DNA of 64,000 nt from a bacterium (lineage in GTDB: Bacteria > UBA8248). The stretch lies in contig CBDATS010000008.1 in the NCBI GenBank assembly GCA_965200245.1, positions 1 through 64,000 on the forward strand. Reading direction: 5' to 3'. How positions within the stretch are numbered: the first letter of the stretch is position 1; every line of letters begins with the position of its first letter. Below are positions 48,258 through 58,313 of the stretch, one piece after another. The notes beneath the pieces are model-generated. The model worked only from the letters and a program-made list of their open reading frames with translations. It ran no database searches and had not been told where the DNA came from. The position numbers were made by a program, and so were the translations under genes.

Positions 48258-49195
48258 GCGACGCGCCTTTTTCCAAACAGATCCGAATACGCCTTCGGCA
48301 TGAACAACAGGCCGATAGTCCCGTTTGCCAGCATGAAAGTGAGATGGGAGACGAGGCTGTAGGCGAGTAAGTCCGCTTCCTTCGCATAGTCCTTGAAGAA
48401 GAAAATCCAGGCGGCTTGAGAAGTGCCTAGATGTGCCACCGTCACCGGAAGGGCGCCAATCATGAAGACGAGTGGCAGGAAGGTCAGCAGCTGCAGCAGC
48501 GGAATGTCCATCCCGAACAGTGTCAGGGCGTACTTGTGCACGAACAGGGAGAGTACGAATACCGAACCCTTGAGCGCCAGGATGGTGACGCCTTGCCTGA
48601 AGCGAACGGCCCGGAAGGTGTTGAGAAGTGTGTGGCCGCCGATTTTTGCGCCGATGACACCCAATCCCCCGCGCGCCACCCGGGTGATGAATAACCAGAA
48701 GCAGGCGAGCCCCAGGGGCAGGGCGAACAGCACGAGTGGTGCGCCGCCCGGAAAGGCGATGAGGCCGATAGTGGCGAAGGAAATAAGGTTCGTGACTTCC
48801 AGCAGGATGAGCATGGCGACCGTGCTCGTGATCACGGCGAGCGGGGTCTGGAACCTGCGGTGAAAATACAGCGCAAGCGCTACCTGGGCGAGTTGCGTGT
48901 TGATGATGGAGACAACATAGGTGACGGCGCGCACGGGCAGCAGTTTCGGAAACGTCAACGGGCCGTGGAACCAGCGAATCATCCTGCTCAGGACGAAAGT
49001 GTCCATCAGGAAAAAACAGATGGAAAAACACCCCATCAGCACCAGGAAGGGAGCGAGTCTCGCCTTCGATATGGCGAGGGCGAACTCGTGAAAGGGAATC
49101 CGCCAGAAGATGATGACAAAGATCACGACCGTGAGGCCGATGGGGATGAGCCGCCCAGCTTTGCTTGATTGATGTGATTCGTGGTTTTGCTCCAA
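48242..49195 (-). CDS. Lysylphosphatidylglycerol synthase TM/flippase-like membrane protein
   Basis: Multi-TM with LPVTVAHLG (P.t..glG motif). Confidence 0.7.
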   Translation of the reverse strand: MEQNHESHQSSKAGRLIPIGLTVVIFVIIFWRIPFHEFALAISKARLAPFLVLMGCFSICFFLMDTFVLSRMIRWFHGPLTFPKLLPVRAVTYVVSIINTQLAQVALALYFHRRFQTPLAVITSTVAMLILLEVTNLISFATIGLIAFPGGAPLVLFALPLGLACFWLFITRVARGGLGVIGAKIGGHTLLNTFRAVRFRQGVTILALKGSVFVLSLFVHKYALTLFGMDIPLLQLLTFLPLVFMIGALPVTVAHLGTSQAAWIFFFKDYAKEADLLAYSLVSHLTFMLANGTIGLLFMPKAYSDLFGKRRVAQERP

Positions 49196-49221
49196 AACGA
49201 AACTCCTTGAAGGTGCAGAAA

Positions 49222-50144
49222 CTATTCTTCCTGTATCAGCGAGAGGTCTAATATCTCATCCACGTTCGTGCGGGCGACGGGCGCGGTGCTTCCGATCTCC
49301 TCATCGCTGCACAGGTGCTCGTAGAAGATGATGTCGAATACGGTGCGGCTCATGGGAGAGGAGGACGAAAGACTGCCGATAATGCTCGACGCGAGCCGGG
49401 CCGGCCCCCTGGGAATCGTCAGGATTCGGGGTCGTTTCCTGAACTTCCGCCCGGCGCGCATCAGTAGTTCATGGTAGAAGAGCGTTTCCGGTCCCACGAG
49501 ATTCATGCGCACTAGCGGTGTTTCCGGGTTGAGAATCGCCCATTCTATCGCGTCAAGCACGTCTCCCAGGTATATCGGCTGTATCCGCACCGCGCCGCCC
49601 GCCACGAGGGGGACGACCGAGGATCGGAGCAGCCGCTTAATCTGGTTCATCGCGGGAGAGCCGACTCCCAGAATCATCGGCACGCGGAAGATCGCGCCCG
49701 ACGTGAAATTCTCCGCAATCAAATCCTCGGCTTGGCCTTTTGTCCTTATGTACTCGTTGCGGGATTTGGAATCCGCACCCGGAAAGCTCAGGTAGATGAA
49801 GGACTTCACGCCTTGCGCGCGGCTCGCTTCGGCGACGTTTTTTGTGGTCAGCAGGTTTGCCTTCAGCAGGGAGTTCCCCGGTCTCGGGACCAGGGAACCC
49901 GCAAGGTGTGCCACGCAGTCGACGCCGTCCAGGGCGTGTTCAAGACTTTCTGCGTCGTTGTAGTCCACCGGAACCACTTCGACGCGAAGATCGCGAAGGT
50001 TCGCGCTGCGGCCCGCGTCCCGCACGAGCGCGCGCAGACGGGGAGACCCCTGGGCCGGATTGTCAGCCATGCGTTCGATGAGCGCTTTGCCGACGGTGCC
50101 GTTGGCGCCGGTGATGGCGATGTCGATGGGGCATCTCCCGTCAT
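49222..50144 (-). CDS. NAD(P)-dependent epimerase/NDUFA9-like SDR with a frameshift near the start
   Basis: The Rossmann motif AITGANGTVG is in frame upstream of the track start (50070). ATG 50144 is one base out of frame across the G4 run at 50128-50131. Also HLAG, Y..TK and QPI...DV. Confidence 0.75.
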
Positions 50145-50208
50145 GCCGGAAGGCGGCCGTGCACGGCGAATTCCAAAAGGTCCGCCGCGGCTTGGTTCGG
50201 TCTTCGGA

Positions 50209-51447
50209 CTACACCGTGAGCAGTTCGTGGGTCGGCGCGGTCATCTTCTCGATGGGTAGCCCGTGCGTGCATGCGCCCGCGCAGCTTTGATGGCTGCAGT
50301 CGAGGCACGCAGATGCGCCCGCGCCCAGCAGGGAATACTCGGCCTTTGCGAATCGCACGTCCTCATAGTCGGTCGCATACATACGGGTGCGGAGCACGTC
50401 TGGGATGGGGACGTTTTCCGGACATGCGCCCGCGCAGTCGTTGCACGCATGGCGGCAGTAGGAGGTTCCGTTGAGCCGTGCATATTTCTTGAGAATCGGC
50501 ATCTCTCGGCGCGAAATCTTCTTCCATCCCGAGGCACCAACGAACTCGGTGAGGTTCTCCTTGCTGGTCATCGAGATGATGAGCGAGTCTACGTTCGGGT
50601 TCGATAGCACCCAGCGGAATGCAGCCTGCGAAAAGGTGGCGCCCCCTTTCTCGTAGGCCCGCATGTCGTTCAGTCGTGCACCCATCAGCGTCTTCATGGC
50701 GATGACACCGATGCCCTTGGCTTTCGCCCGCGCGAGCGCCAAGGGCAGTTTCGGGAACCTGGCGATGAAGTCGAACCCGCGCGTGAAGCGCTGGTAGAAG
50801 GCCGGGTCCTGGCCGAAATTGTAGGCGACGAGAAACACGTCCACTACGCTGTTGTCGATGCAGTAATCGAGGCATTCAACCAGATTGCCCGCATGGCCCG
50901 ACATGCCGGAATAGCGGATTTTTCCCTGTTTTTTCGCGAGTGCCACGAACTCGCTCCATTCAGGATTCTTCATCCTTTCCACGTCGTTCACAGCGTGGTT
51001 GAAATAAACGTCCACGTAGTCGGTTTGCAGTTTTTGCAGGCTTTTTTCGAGCGATCGCATCATCGAGGCTTTGGAGTCGCTCTGGCCTGCGTGTGTTTTG
51101 GAGGCGATGTAGACCTTGTCGCGTTTTCCCTTGAGTGCCTTGCCGATGGTGGTCTCTGATTCCCCCCAGGAGTAGCTCTCGGCGGTGTCGAAATAGTTGA
51201 TGCCGAGGTCGAGCGCGTGGAGAACGAGGTCTTCTTCGTCGGAACCGAGCCGGCTGCTTCCGAATGAAATATCGGACATCTTGATGTCCGTCTTGCCCAG
51301 GGTGACGTAGCGGCGCACCCGGTTCTGCGCGGCATTCGCGTCCACGGCGCGCGCGAAGGGCAAGAGTCCTGCGCCCAGACCGGCGAAGGCACTGTTCCGG
51401 AGAAAATCGCGTCTCGGCAAGTTGTCGGTATGATGGGGCATCGGCAT
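50209..51447 (-). CDS. Aldo/keto reductase with a Tat-like leader and a C-terminal Fe-S domain
   Basis: PRRDFLR leader, GINYFDTA.SY, SL..LQTDYVD, AMK and Cys clusters. Confidence 0.88.
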   Translation of the reverse strand: MPMPHHTDNLPRRDFLRNSAFAGLGAGLLPFARAVDANAAQNRVRRYVTLGKTDIKMSDISFGSSRLGSDEEDLVLHALDLGINYFDTAESYSWGESETTIGKALKGKRDKVYIASKTHAGQSDSKASMMRSLEKSLQKLQTDYVDVYFNHAVNDVERMKNPEWSEFVALAKKQGKIRYSGMSGHAGNLVECLDYCIDNSVVDVFLVAYNFGQDPAFYQRFTRGFDFIARFPKLPLALARAKAKGIGVIAMKTLMGARLNDMRAYEKGGATFSQAAFRWVLSNPNVDSLIISMTSKENLTEFVGASGWKKISRREMPILKKYARLNGTSYCRHACNDCAGACPENVPIPDVLRTRMYATDYEDVRFAKAEYSLLGAGASACLDCSHQSCAGACTHGLPIEKMTAPTHELLTV

Positions 51448-51863
51448 TCTCCAGGATAGAGAAAAGAGGCGACTCCCTATCTCACCCTATTTTTCGTTCG
51501 AGGTCAATTCAGGAGATTTTCAAGGTGTTCAATGTATTCACACTATGCGGCGAAGCATTTTGCGAATGATGCCCCACAATCCAAATCCATAACCTCTGGC
51601 AGGAACACGTTCAGGCGGAGCGGATTTGTAGCCGGCCGCTACATGGTAGCGCTCATCCCGAACTTGCTGGAACGGGACGGTTCGTGGCCTGGAATTTCCC
51701 GGAACCGTTCCGGGGACTGATCCCCGAATGACTTGGGCATCGCCTCGAAGCTTGCGGCATCCCCATGTGTTAACAGGTTTATCGGGTTGAGGAAGATTCC
51801 TTTCCCGTTATTGCCTTGTTGCCCTTGTGTTCGTGCCCGTGAAGCGAATCCTGATTGTTCCAG

Positions 51864-53096
51864 TCAAGCGTCGATGATACGGAAACTCCTGTCCTGGGGA
51901 ATGAGCATCTCCCAGCCGTTTTCCTTCACGACGACCGAGTATTCGATCTGGTATCCCCCCAGGCCGAACGTGCCGATGGGTGCCTCGATGTTGATCACCG
52001 AATCGATGGGCAGGGGAATCTCGGAAGTCGCAGGGTAAAAGGGCTGGTTGTGTTTCGATTCTGGCCCCAGGATGAAGGGGAACTCTCTGGCTTCCAGGCC
52101 GATCGTGTGGCCTGCGAAGGGGGCGTCGAACTCGGTGAAGCGCGACTGGATTCCCCTGAGAAGCGCTTGATATATCTGATTGCCCGTGCATCCTGCCTTT
52201 ATCACTTCCAGGCACTCGTGGAAACCATCTTCTATGCCTTTCCATTCGCGCTGCACGCGTGCGCCTGGTTCGCCGATGGAGCCGCAACTTCCCGTGTCGG
52301 CATTGTAGTTCTTGTGAAAGAGTCCGGCATCGAACATGAAGCCGTCGCCTTTTTCGAGTTTTCTCTCTGTGGGCGGGAAGATGAAGACGCCCCTCGGGCC
52401 GGAGTTGAAATGGAACCAGTGCCACATGCCGCCGGGTCGGGCCACCTCCTGCCTCCAGACCTCGGCCACCTCGCGCTCACTCACGCCCTCACGCAGGAAT
52501 TCGAATACTTTGGTGATGGCGTCTTCATTCACCCGGGCCGCTTCACGCAGGCGGTCGAGTTCGTCCGCCGTCTTGACGAGACGCGTCATCAGGAAAAGGC
52601 CCGAGCCGGGGATGAATTCGCAGCCGGGGAGTTTTTCCTTGAGTATGGCGAACAAGCTGTCCGGACAGCCTTCCTCGTCCAGGGCGATTCGGCCGGAAGT
52701 GACGCCCCTGTCCTTGAGAGCGGCGAGGAGTCCGTCGAGCAGGGTCGCGTGCCTGGCCCCGCTGGCATGGAGTTCACGGTAGCGCCTCATTTCGTCATCT
52801 TGAGGCTCGTAGCCTTCCGGCTCGATGTGGTTCGCCTGTCCGCCCCAGACGTAGACGTTCTCCGCGTGTCCGCCGTAGGCGGCGTAATAGGTGTTGTCCG
52901 CGCGGTTCATGATGAGGTCGGTGCCTGCGTCGGGATTGTTGGTGATGACACCGTAACTTTTGCGCGCACGGTATACGCGCTGCGCCCAGCCGATGTGGCC
53001 TGTCAGGTAGGTGACGTTCTCGAGTGTCGTGCCGACCATGGCCACCACGTCGTGTTCCCGCATCAGTTCCAGCGCGCGTTCCCTGTTGTAGAGCAT
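51864..53096 (-). CDS. M24 Xaa-Pro peptidase/creatinase family
   Basis: ENV.YLTG, KT.DE, and metal ligands D, D, H (GHTIGL), E, E. Confidence 0.88.
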   Translation of the reverse strand: MLYNRERALELMREHDVVAMVGTTLENVTYLTGHIGWAQRVYRARKSYGVITNNPDAGTDLIMNRADNTYYAAYGGHAENVYVWGGQANHIEPEGYEPQDDEMRRYRELHASGARHATLLDGLLAALKDRGVTSGRIALDEEGCPDSLFAILKEKLPGCEFIPGSGLFLMTRLVKTADELDRLREAARVNEDAITKVFEFLREGVSEREVAEVWRQEVARPGGMWHWFHFNSGPRGVFIFPPTERKLEKGDGFMFDAGLFHKNYNADTGSCGSIGEPGARVQREWKGIEDGFHECLEVIKAGCTGNQIYQALLRGIQSRFTEFDAPFAGHTIGLEAREFPFILGPESKHNQPFYPATSEIPLPIDSVINIEAPIGTFGLGGYQIEYSVVVKENGWEMLIPQDRSFRIIDA

Positions 53097-53291
53097 GGTA
53101 TTCTCCCTGAAAAAATCTGTCGGTGCGTGAAATTTCGTCGGAAAATGTCCCGGGAGGAATATGTATCACAACCAAAGCGTTTCAGGCGAGGCTGCGCACC
53201 TTGACAGATTCAGGCCGAAGCGCAAGGTTTAGCAATAGCGAGCGGTTTGCTCCTGATTCGTTCTGTCGTTATCGTGAGGGGGGATCCAAGC

Positions 53292-53867
53292 GTGGAACTG
53301 GATCGTCCGAGTGCCGAGGCGCTCTTGTTTGAATGGACCAAAAGCCCGGGCCTGAGAGCGCACGCCCGCGCCGTGGAGGCCGCCTTGCGCGCTTATGCCA
53401 GGCAATACGGAGAAGACGAGGAACTTTGGGGGATTACCGGCCTGTTGCATGACATGGATTACGAGAAGCATCCCTCTCCGGAAGAGCACCCCGAAACGGG
53501 TTGTGCTGTCCTGCGCGAGGCAGGTTATCCCGAGGAGATGATACAGGCCATTCTGGGCCACGCGCAGTATCTGAACGTCCCGCGGGAGACGCGCCTCGCC
53601 CAGGCGCTTTTTGCCGTGGATGAGTTGGTGGGCCTCATCACCGCCGTCGCCCTGGTAAATCCGGCCAGGGACGTCCGCCAGGTAAAGCCGCGAAGCATAC
53701 GCAAAAAGTGGAAGGACAGGAGTTTCGCCAAGGGCGTGAACCGCGGGGACGTGGAACTGGGGGCCTCGGAACTCGGGGTGCCGCTTGAGGAACACGTGGC
53801 CTTCACGCTGGGCGCCATGCAGGGTGTCGCCTCGGATTTGGGTCTCGACGGATCGCGCGCGGGCTGA
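53292..53867 (+). CDS. HD/HDIG-domain hydrolase
   Basis: Motifs GLLHDMDYE, AILGHA, AVDEL.G and FAKGVNR. Confidence 0.88.
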   Translation: MELDRPSAEALLFEWTKSPGLRAHARAVEAALRAYARQYGEDEELWGITGLLHDMDYEKHPSPEEHPETGCAVLREAGYPEEMIQAILGHAQYLNVPRETRLAQALFAVDELVGLITAVALVNPARDVRQVKPRSIRKKWKDRSFAKGVNRGDVELGASELGVPLEEHVAFTLGAMQGVASDLGLDGSRAG

Positions 53868-53903
53868 TGTGTTTGATTTTTTTTGAAAAAACATGGATTT
53901 ACG

Positions 53904-53932
53904 TTGACGACTACGATTCATTTCCGCATAAT
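53904..53932 (+). promoter_or_regulatory. Sigma70-type promoter for korAB
   Basis: TTGACG-N17-CATAAT. Confidence 0.6.
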
Positions 53933-53975
53933 CTGCGATTGGCTGCTTGGTCGATGAATCGCCACTCGGACTGAT

Positions 53976-54039
53976 AAAAAGACATGTTCAAAAAAGACAT
54001 GCTTGATATATGGCATATCTCAGTGGGCATATCTCAGTG
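53976..54039 (+). repeat. Two short direct-repeat pairs in the korA leader
   Basis: AAAAAGACATG twice (15-nt period) and a perfect tandem GGCATATCTCAGTG twice. Confidence 0.85.
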
Positions 54040-54100
54040 AATAAAGCCCTCCACGTACTTTCCGACTCCTTGTCAATCCAACTAAAGGACATCCAAACCT

Positions 54101-55957
54101 ATGTCTGAGTCTTCAGGTAAAAACGGGGCCGAGAAGCAGCTTGTCGAACTCGAAACGGTGGCGATTCGCTTCGCCGGTGACTCCGGCGACGGAATGCAGC
54201 TCACCGGAGACAGGTTCACGAACGCGGCGGCCATCGCCGGGAACGATCTGAGCACGTTCCCCGATTTCCCCGCCGAGATTCGTGCGCCCATCGGAACCCT
54301 CGCCGGAGTGAGCGGATTCCAGATCAACTTCTCGAGCAAGGACATTCATACGCCCGGCGACGCCGTGGATGTGCTCGTGGCGATGAACCCCGCCGCGCTC
54401 AAGACGAGCATCGGCGATTTGAAGAGCGGGGGGATTGTCATCGCCAACGTCGACAACTTCGGCCAGAAGAATCTCGACAAGGCGGGCTATGACTCGAACC
54501 CCCTCGAGGACGGGGAGTTCAAGAACAACTACCAGGTTCACGAGGTGAAGATCACTTCCATGACGCGCCAGGCCCTGGAGGACATGGAACTTCAGTCCAA
54601 CCTGGCGGATCGGTGCAAGAATTTTTTCGCGCTGGGCCTGATGTACTGGATGTACTCGCGTCCGCTGGAGCCGACCACGGAGTGGATCGAAGAGAAATTC
54701 GGAAAACGCCCGGAGTTCGTTCAGGCCAATACGCGTGCGCTGGAGGCGGGCTATTTCTTCGGTGAGAACACGGAGGTCTTCACCAGTAACTACATAGTGC
54801 GCGAGGCGACGTATCCGGCCGGTAGGTACAGGAACATCTCAGGCAACGTCGCCTTGGCCTACGGCTTCATCGCGGCAACAAGGAAAATGGGTATCAACCT
54901 CTTCTGGGGTGCCTATCCGATCACTCCCGCGAGCGACGTTCTCCACGAACTTTCCCGGCACAAGAATTTTGGCGTACAGACCTTCCAGGCCGAAGATGAA
55001 ATCGCGGCAGTGTCCGCGGCGCTTGGTGCCTCGTTCACCGGTTCGCTCGGTGTGACGTGCTCAAGCGGCCCCGGCATCGCCCTGAAAGCTGAAGCCATGG
55101 GCTTGGGCGTGATGACGGAGCTTCCCATGGTCATCGCCGACATCCAGCGCGGCGGCCCGAGCACGGGACTTCCCACCAAGACCGAACAGGCCGATTTGCT
55201 GCAGGTGATGTTCGGGCGCAACAGCGAAAGTCCGCTACCCGTCGTCGCGGCGGCCACACCGGGCGATTGTTTCTGGACAGCGATAGAGGCATGCCGCCTG
55301 GCGGTGAAATACATGACGCCCGTCGTGCTTCTGAGCGACGGCTACCTGGCCAACGGCTCCGAGCCTTGGCTGCTGCCCAAGGCGGATGACGTTCCCGAGA
55401 TGCCGGTGACATTCCGCACGGACCCCGAAGGCTTTCTGCCATACCTGCGTGATCCCGAAACGCTGGCGCGTCCCTGGGCGATTCCCGGCACGCCGGGTCT
55501 TGAACACCGTATCGGTGGCATCGAGAAACAGGATGGTACAGGCAACGTCAACTACGAACCGGAAAACCACGAGTTCATGGTGCGCAAGCGTGACGCGAAA
55601 ATCGCAGGCATCGCGAAGGACATTCCGCCCGCGGAAGTCATCGGTGAGAAGAGTGGCAAGGTTCTCGTCATAGGCTGGGGCGGTACCTTCGGTGCCATTA
55701 CGGCGGCGATAGAGGCCTTACAGGCCAGGGGCGCCTCGGTATCCCAGGTTCACCTCCGCCACCTCAACCCCTTCCCTGCGAATCTCGAAGAAGTTCTCAA
55801 TAGTTTCGAAAAAGTTCTCGTTCCCGAATTGAATCTGGGCCAGCTTTCCAAGATGCTCCGCTACCAGTATCTGATCGATACGATCGGCTTCAACAAGATT
55901 CAGGGAAAACCCTTCAAGGTCGGCGAACTGATTACCAAGATTGAGGAGTTGCTCTAA
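54101..55957 (+). CDS. korA: 2-oxoacid:ferredoxin oxidoreductase alpha subunit
   Basis: Motifs AGDSGDGMQ, YPITP, QAEDEI and QRGGPSTGLPT. Confidence 0.93.
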   Translation: MSESSGKNGAEKQLVELETVAIRFAGDSGDGMQLTGDRFTNAAAIAGNDLSTFPDFPAEIRAPIGTLAGVSGFQINFSSKDIHTPGDAVDVLVAMNPAALKTSIGDLKSGGIVIANVDNFGQKNLDKAGYDSNPLEDGEFKNNYQVHEVKITSMTRQALEDMELQSNLADRCKNFFALGLMYWMYSRPLEPTTEWIEEKFGKRPEFVQANTRALEAGYFFGENTEVFTSNYIVREATYPAGRYRNISGNVALAYGFIAATRKMGINLFWGAYPITPASDVLHELSRHKNFGVQTFQAEDEIAAVSAALGASFTGSLGVTCSSGPGIALKAEAMGLGVMTELPMVIADIQRGGPSTGLPTKTEQADLLQVMFGRNSESPLPVVAAATPGDCFWTAIEACRLAVKYMTPVVLLSDGYLANGSEPWLLPKADDVPEMPVTFRTDPEGFLPYLRDPETLARPWAIPGTPGLEHRIGGIEKQDGTGNVNYEPENHEFMVRKRDAKIAGIAKDIPPAEVIGEKSGKVLVIGWGGTFGAITAAIEALQARGASVSQVHLRHLNPFPANLEEVLNSFEKVLVPELNLGQLSKMLRYQYLIDTIGFNKIQGKPFKVGELITKIEELL

Positions 55958-56977
55958 ATGTCAACGACGACAAAGAACGGTGGGGGACTGGGCCTCACCC
56001 GCAAGGATTTTCAGTCTGACCAGGTCGTGCGCTGGTGCCCGGGTTGCGGAGATTACGCGATCTTGGCCCAGATGCAGAAGGTGCTGCCGACGCTCGAGAT
56101 TCCGCGCGAGAAATTCGTATTCATCTCCGGCATCGGTTGTGCTGCGCGATTTCCATATTACATGGATACGTTCGGTTTCCATACCATTCACGGACGGGCG
56201 CCCGCGTTCGCCACGGGCGTGAAGGTGAGCAATCCGGATCTTTCCGTCTGGGTTATCAGCGGCGACGGCGACGCGCTGAGCATTGGCGGCAACCACCTGA
56301 TCCACGCCATGCGCCGCAACGTGGGCGTGAAGATCGTCCTATTCAACAATCGTGTATACGGTCTGACCAAGGGTCAATATTCTCCCACCTCGCTTCTGGG
56401 CTCGCGCACGAAGTCCACGCCCATCGGCTCGGTGGACTATCCACTCCACCCGCTGACTTTGGCCTTGGGGGCGGAGTGCAGCTTCGTCGCCCGAACGACG
56501 GACAGGGACCAGAGGCACATGGCCTCGATGTTCGAGGAAATGGCGAACCACGAGGGAACGTCGATGCTTGAAGTGTTGCAGAACTGCATCGTGTTCAACG
56601 ACGGCGCGTGGCACAAGTTCACCGAAAAGGGACTCAAGGAGCAAAACGTGATGTATCTCGAAGACGGCCAGCCCCTCGTCTACGGTCCGGCAGATAACCG
56701 CAAGGGCATTTCTCTCGAGGACTACAGGGTTCGCATTGTCGATGCCGATTCTCCAGACATCACCCTCCACCGCGTAAACGACGAATCGGGGGGCTACGCC
56801 CATATCCTGAGCCGGGTCGAGCTCGAAGGCGGTCCCGTACCGCTGGGTGTCCTGAGAAAGGTGGAACGTCCGCCGTTCGAGGGATTAATGGGCGATCAGG
56901 TCGCCGCGGCTCAGGCGAAGGGCGAGGGCGATATCGATACGCTGCTCAATTCTGGAGACACTTGGGAGCACCATTAA
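55958..56977 (+). CDS. korB: 2-oxoacid:ferredoxin oxidoreductase beta subunit
   Basis: Motifs WCPGCG, SGIGC, HGR and GDGD..SIGGNH. Confidence 0.93.
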   Translation: MSTTTKNGGGLGLTRKDFQSDQVVRWCPGCGDYAILAQMQKVLPTLEIPREKFVFISGIGCAARFPYYMDTFGFHTIHGRAPAFATGVKVSNPDLSVWVISGDGDALSIGGNHLIHAMRRNVGVKIVLFNNRVYGLTKGQYSPTSLLGSRTKSTPIGSVDYPLHPLTLALGAECSFVARTTDRDQRHMASMFEEMANHEGTSMLEVLQNCIVFNDGAWHKFTEKGLKEQNVMYLEDGQPLVYGPADNRKGISLEDYRVRIVDADSPDITLHRVNDESGGYAHILSRVELEGGPVPLGVLRKVERPPFEGLMGDQVAAAQAKGEGDIDTLLNSGDTWEHH

Positions 56978-57006
56978 TTTTCGTCGCCTCCGGGCGTCCG
57001 GAACTC

Positions 57007-57876
57007 ATGTCCAGGACTTTCACCCTACTACTCGTTCACGCACACCCCGACGATGAGTGCAGCAGCACGGGCGGCCTGATTCTCAGGTGCGCGCGCGAAG
57101 GCCACCGCGTCGTTCTCATCACCTGTACCAACGGAGAAATGGGTAAGATGGAACATCTCGGGGAGAACCTCGACCCCGATTCAGAGGCGGACCAAAACAG
57201 ACTCGGCGAGATCAGGCTCGAAGAACTCGCGCACGCGGCCCGGATTTTGGGGATTTCAGAAGTTCACACCCTGGGCTATCGGGATTCCGGCATGGACGGC
57301 TGGGAGGGTAACGAGCATCCCGAGGCGTTCACGAACGCGAACGAGGAAGAAGCTGTCGGCAGGCTGGTGAGTCATATCCGCCGCTATCGCCCTGACGTGG
57401 TCATCACCTACAACGAGCAGGGCGGTTACGGCCACCCCGATCACGTGATGGCGAACAAGGTCACCACCGAGGCGATAGAAGCGGCCGCGGACGCTTCCCG
57501 GTTCTCGGAATACGGCACAGAAGTCTGGCGCGTGCCAAAGTTCTATCACACGGCGTGGTCGCGCTCGAAAATGCTGCGCGCCTGGCGCTGGATGAAGCTT
57601 TTCGGACAAAAAACGCCGCTCGACGATCCCGACTTCCGGGAAGACAGGTACGGGACGCCGGATGAGTTCATCACCACCCGCGTGAATATCCGCAGATATC
57701 TTCGCCGCAAATGGCGCGCGCTCACCGCGCACCAGAGCCAGATCAATGGGAATTTCTTCTGGTGGTTCGTCCGCATGACGGGCCGCTGGCTTTACAACGA
57801 GGAGTCCTTCGTTTGCGCCCAATCGCAGGTAGAGGTGCGAAACGGCGAAAGATCGGTGTTCGAGGGCCTATCCTGA
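57007..57876 (+). CDS. PIG-L/MshB/Mca-family deacetylase
   Basis: Motifs VHAHPDDE, T.GE, YRDSGM, GYGHPDH and AH.SQ. Confidence 0.9.
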   Translation: MSRTFTLLLVHAHPDDECSSTGGLILRCAREGHRVVLITCTNGEMGKMEHLGENLDPDSEADQNRLGEIRLEELAHAARILGISEVHTLGYRDSGMDGWEGNEHPEAFTNANEEEAVGRLVSHIRRYRPDVVITYNEQGGYGHPDHVMANKVTTEAIEAAADASRFSEYGTEVWRVPKFYHTAWSRSKMLRAWRWMKLFGQKTPLDDPDFREDRYGTPDEFITTRVNIRRYLRRKWRALTAHQSQINGNFFWWFVRMTGRWLYNEESFVCAQSQVEVRNGERSVFEGLS

Positions 57877-58266
57877 GCCGCCTGCAAGGGGTTTGCTGAC
57901 CTCGATCAAAAATCCGTTCGGATCCTTCAGCATGAACATGCGCACGCCCCAGGGAGCATCGCGGGGCGTGAACAGCACGGCCGCTCCTTTTTCTGCGAGG
58001 GTATCATAGGCGCGGTCCACATCCTCGGGCGTGAGCGTGACGACCACACCGGAACCTCTGGGTTCCCGGAGGGGTTCGAGATTCCACTTGCGCATCTCCT
58101 CATCAGAAATGGGTGCGTGTACGACGAGCGATGTTCCTCCGAGGTCATAGCGAACGTGGTTTTTCGCTTCACTCGCTTCTTTCAGTCCCAATGTTTCGGT
58201 ATAAAAACGACGCGACGCCTCGTAGTCTTTGACAATGAGAAAAACGACGGAAAGCGATTCGAACAA
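57868..58266 (-). CDS. VOC/glyoxalase-family protein
   Basis: Motifs FY...LG and PWG.R.F..KDPNG..IE. Confidence 0.88.
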   Translation of the reverse strand: MFESLSVVFLIVKDYEASRRFYTETLGLKEASEAKNHVRYDLGGTSLVVHAPISDEEMRKWNLEPLREPRGSGVVVTLTPEDVDRAYDTLAEKGAAVLFTPRDAPWGVRMFMLKDPNGFLIEVSKPLAGGSG

Positions 58267-58313
58267 GACGAGGATCTCCCGAAATCTATCAACTCCGTCT
58301 TCGGAGAAAAGAT

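Noticed and set aside
51450-51860. 400-bp intergenic region with small hairpins (TGTAGC-CGGCC-GCTACA)
   Set aside because: No convincing ORF, riboswitch or repeat family.
53976-54039. CRISPR-like array
   Set aside because: Only two short copies of each repeat, with no spacers and no cas genes in the window.
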